352 nt of DNA from Escherichia coli (GTDB lineage: Bacteria; Pseudomonadota; Gammaproteobacteria; Enterobacterales; Enterobacteriaceae): the NCBI RefSeq assembly GCF_003334255.1, contig NZ_QOWU01000256.1; one strand, written 5' to 3'. Every line of letters starts with the position of its first letter. Position 1 is the first letter of the stretch. Below the pieces are notes generated by a model. It was not told where the DNA came from, searched no databases, and saw nothing but the letters and a program-made list of their open reading frames with translations. Below, one piece after another: positions 1 through 352 of the stretch. A program made the position numbers and the translations under genes.

Positions 1-12
1 GTCGCGGTTTTC

Positions 13-153
13 CTACTGCTTACACTGTAAGAACGCCGCAAACTCCGCTCCCCACAAATTCAGCCGGAACTCACACAACGAGCCGTGTAACATCCAGATG
101 GTGAAGATTACCGTCATACAAATTGTGACGGTGATGAGCGATTTTTGCGACAT
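13..153 (-). CDS. hok: Hok/Gef-family type I toxin, small inner-membrane protein, 46 aa (HokA-like)
   Basis: Minus-strand ATG at 153..151 and TAG stop at 15..13. An in-frame TAG lies 10 codons upstream (183..181) with no other start between, so the start is unambiguous. AGGAG Shine-Dalgarno (plus 163..167) sits 9 nt upstream of the ATG. Translation: MSQKSLITVTICMTVIFTIWMLHGSLCEFRLNLWGAEFAAFLQCKQ. Short polar N-terminus (MSQK), an ~18-residue hydrophobic segment, then a tail with the SLCE and AAFL.CK motifs characteristic of Hok/Gef proteins. Family assignment is from recalled HokA/HokE sequences, not a database search. Symbol is family-level only; the paralog is not assigned. Confidence 0.85.
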   Translation of the reverse strand: MSQKSLITVTICMTVIFTIWMLHGSLCEFRLNLWGAEFAAFLQCKQ

Positions 154-256
154 AACGCTTGTCTCCTGAGTGGAGAGGCGCTAACCTACTACTTGTGAAG
201 GTTGTACGGTCAGGGCCTCGGGTTAACATTAAAGTTGACTCGGGGCCTTTCCACAT
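71..256 (-). CDS. mok: mok-like overlapping reading frame (61 aa), probable translational-coupling ORF, not an independent protein
   Basis: The ORF from the supplied track (MWKGPESTLMLTRGPDRTTFTSSRLAPLHSGDKRYVAKIAHHRHNL...). It starts 103 nt upstream of the hok ATG, runs across the hok Shine-Dalgarno and start, and ends at TGA 73..71 inside hok in a different frame. This is the arrangement known for mok in plasmid R1 hok/sok. Its His/Arg/Thr-rich sequence has no recognisable fold. Start is uncertain: a GAAGG lies only 4 nt before the ATG at 256, and an alternative in-frame ATG exists at 229..227. Confidence 0.45.
   Translation of the reverse strand: MWKGPESTLMLTRGPDRTTFTSSRLAPLHSGDKRYVAKIAHHRHNLYDGNLHHLDVTRLVV
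159..187 (+). promoter_or_regulatory. Candidate sigma70 promoter for a Sok-like antisense RNA
   Basis: Plus strand: -35-like TTGTCT (159..164), 17-nt spacer (165..181), -10-like TAACCT (182..187) with T at position 1, A at 2 and T at 6. Predicted start around 191..195. The -35 overlaps the hok Shine-Dalgarno region on the opposite strand, as I recall for the Sok promoter in R1. Hexamers are moderate matches only. Confidence 0.4.
163..167 (-). promoter_or_regulatory. Shine-Dalgarno (ribosome-binding site) of hok
   Basis: Minus-strand AGGAG (plus-strand ctcct at 163..167) with a 9-nt spacer to the hok ATG at 153. Confidence 0.6.
194..252 (+). ncRNA. sok: Candidate Sok-like cis-encoded antisense RNA (type I antitoxin), about 57-60 nt
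   Basis: Lies between the candidate promoter (159..187) and a stem-loop plus TTT (214..250). Predicted architecture is a roughly 20-nt unstructured 5' tail (194..213) followed by a single 3' hairpin. It is fully complementary to the mok/hok mRNA from 4 nt downstream of the mok ATG to about 60 nt further on. Size and layout resemble Sok of plasmid R1 (about 64 nt). Ends are approximate. Confidence 0.4.
214..252 (+). terminator. Stem-loop with short U-run; putative intrinsic terminator and structural domain of the antisense RNA
   Basis: Plus-strand 214..227 (GGCCTCGGGTTAAC) pairs with 234..247 (GTTGACTCGGGGCC): 14 bp, 11 Watson-Crick plus 3 G-U wobbles (218/243, 221/240, 224/237), 6-nt loop ATTAAA (228..233), followed by TTTCC (248..252). 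On the minus-strand transcript the three wobbles become A-C mismatches. The U-run is only 3 nt, so termination efficiency is uncertain. Confidence 0.35.
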
Positions 257-306
257 CAGGCCTTCAGGTTCTCCCTCCAGCCATCAGCCGAAAGGCACCC
301 GCGCAT

Positions 307-335
307 AATCTACGATTTTTGCCCTGCACGGGCAA
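307..335 (-). promoter_or_regulatory. Candidate promoter for the mok/hok mRNA
   Basis: Minus strand: -35-like TTGCCC (revcomp of plus 330..335), 17-nt spacer, -10-like TAGATT (revcomp of plus 307..312). Predicted start near plus 300, giving an mRNA beginning GGGUGCCUUUCGGC... about 44 nt upstream of the mok ATG. Weak hexamers; the true promoter could lie beyond the right edge. Confidence 0.3.
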
Positions 336-336
336 C

Positions 337-352
337 AAAAAACCCGCCATCA
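337..352 (-). terminator. Possible 3' arm and T-tract of an intrinsic terminator for an upstream minus-strand gene, truncated by the window edge
   Basis: Minus strand reads ...TGATGGCGGG TTTTTTGTT: a GC-rich segment (plus 343..348) followed by a T6 tract (plus 337..342). The matching 5' arm would lie beyond position 352 and is not visible. Confidence 0.2.

Noticed and set aside
13-153. Other type I toxin families (Ldr, TisB, Ibs, ShoB, Fst) as the identity of the small hydrophobic ORF.
   Set aside because: Length, the N-terminal helix followed by a Cys-containing polar tail, and the SLCE and AAFL.CK motifs fit Hok/Gef specifically and not the others.
202-229. Alternative plus-strand promoter TTGTAC (202..207), 16-nt spacer, TAACAT (224..229).
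   Set aside because: Its start would fall inside the loop of the 214..247 hairpin and there is no terminator-like structure downstream on the plus strand. The 159..187 promoter gives a much more coherent antisense RNA with a 5' tail and 3' hairpin.
235-240. Near-consensus -35 hexamer TTGACT on the plus strand.
   Set aside because: No acceptable -10 at 15-19 nt downstream (only CAGGCC or AGGCCT). The hexamer is part of the 3' arm of the hairpin, so the match is probably incidental.
71-256. Treating the 61-aa tracked ORF as a conventional protein-coding gene.
   Set aside because: It overlaps the ribosome-binding site and start of the better-supported Hok ORF in another frame, has at best a weak and oddly spaced Shine-Dalgarno, and has a low-complexity His/Arg/Thr-rich sequence. 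It is kept only as a mok-like coupling frame at reduced confidence.
278-296. Short direct repeat CAGCC...CAGCC (279..290) and a mini-hairpin GCC-GAAA-GGC (287..296).
   Set aside because: Too short to distinguish from chance. They may contribute to folding of the toxin mRNA 5' leader but no specific claim can be supported.
316-343. Hairpin TTGCCC-TGCAC-GGGCAA (319..335) flanked by TTTTT on its 5' side and AACAAAAAA on its 3' side, which at first glance looks like an intrinsic terminator.
   Set aside because: On both strands the T-run lies 5' of the stem and an A-run 3' of it, the wrong order for an intrinsic terminator. The stem is only 4-6 bp. It is more simply explained as overlapping the candidate -35 of the toxin-mRNA promoter, next to the T-tract of the truncated upstream terminator.
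1-352. CRISPR repeats, tRNA or rRNA genes, insertion-sequence ends or other mobile-element signatures.
   Set aside because: No repeat-spacer periodicity, no tRNA-like structure and no terminal inverted repeats are visible in this 352-bp window.

Overview
The window appears to hold one compact hok/sok-like type I toxin-antitoxin module, read by eye without any search or folding tool. On the minus strand there is a 46-aa Hok/Gef-family toxin ORF (153..13) that the supplied ORF track missed, probably because it is short. It has a strong Shine-Dalgarno and an N-terminal hydrophobic helix followed by a C-terminal SLCE...E(F)AAFL.CK tail, which most resembles HokA-like proteins. The only tracked ORF (256..71, minus, 61 aa) overlaps the toxin start in another frame and is best read as a mok-like coupling frame, not an independent gene. 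On the plus strand, antisense to the mok/hok leader, there is a candidate Sok-like small RNA (about 194..252): a sigma70-like promoter whose -35 overlaps the hok ribosome-binding site, a roughly 20-nt 5' tail, and a 14-bp stem-loop followed by TTT. That stem contains three G-U wobbles that become A-C mismatches on the other strand, so the structure is favoured in the antisense transcript. The right edge (307..352) may hold the hok mRNA promoter and the tail of an upstream terminator. The left edge cuts off just after the hok stop codon, so any 3' mRNA elements are outside the window. All RNA and promoter calls are motif-based inferences and need experimental or computational confirmation.
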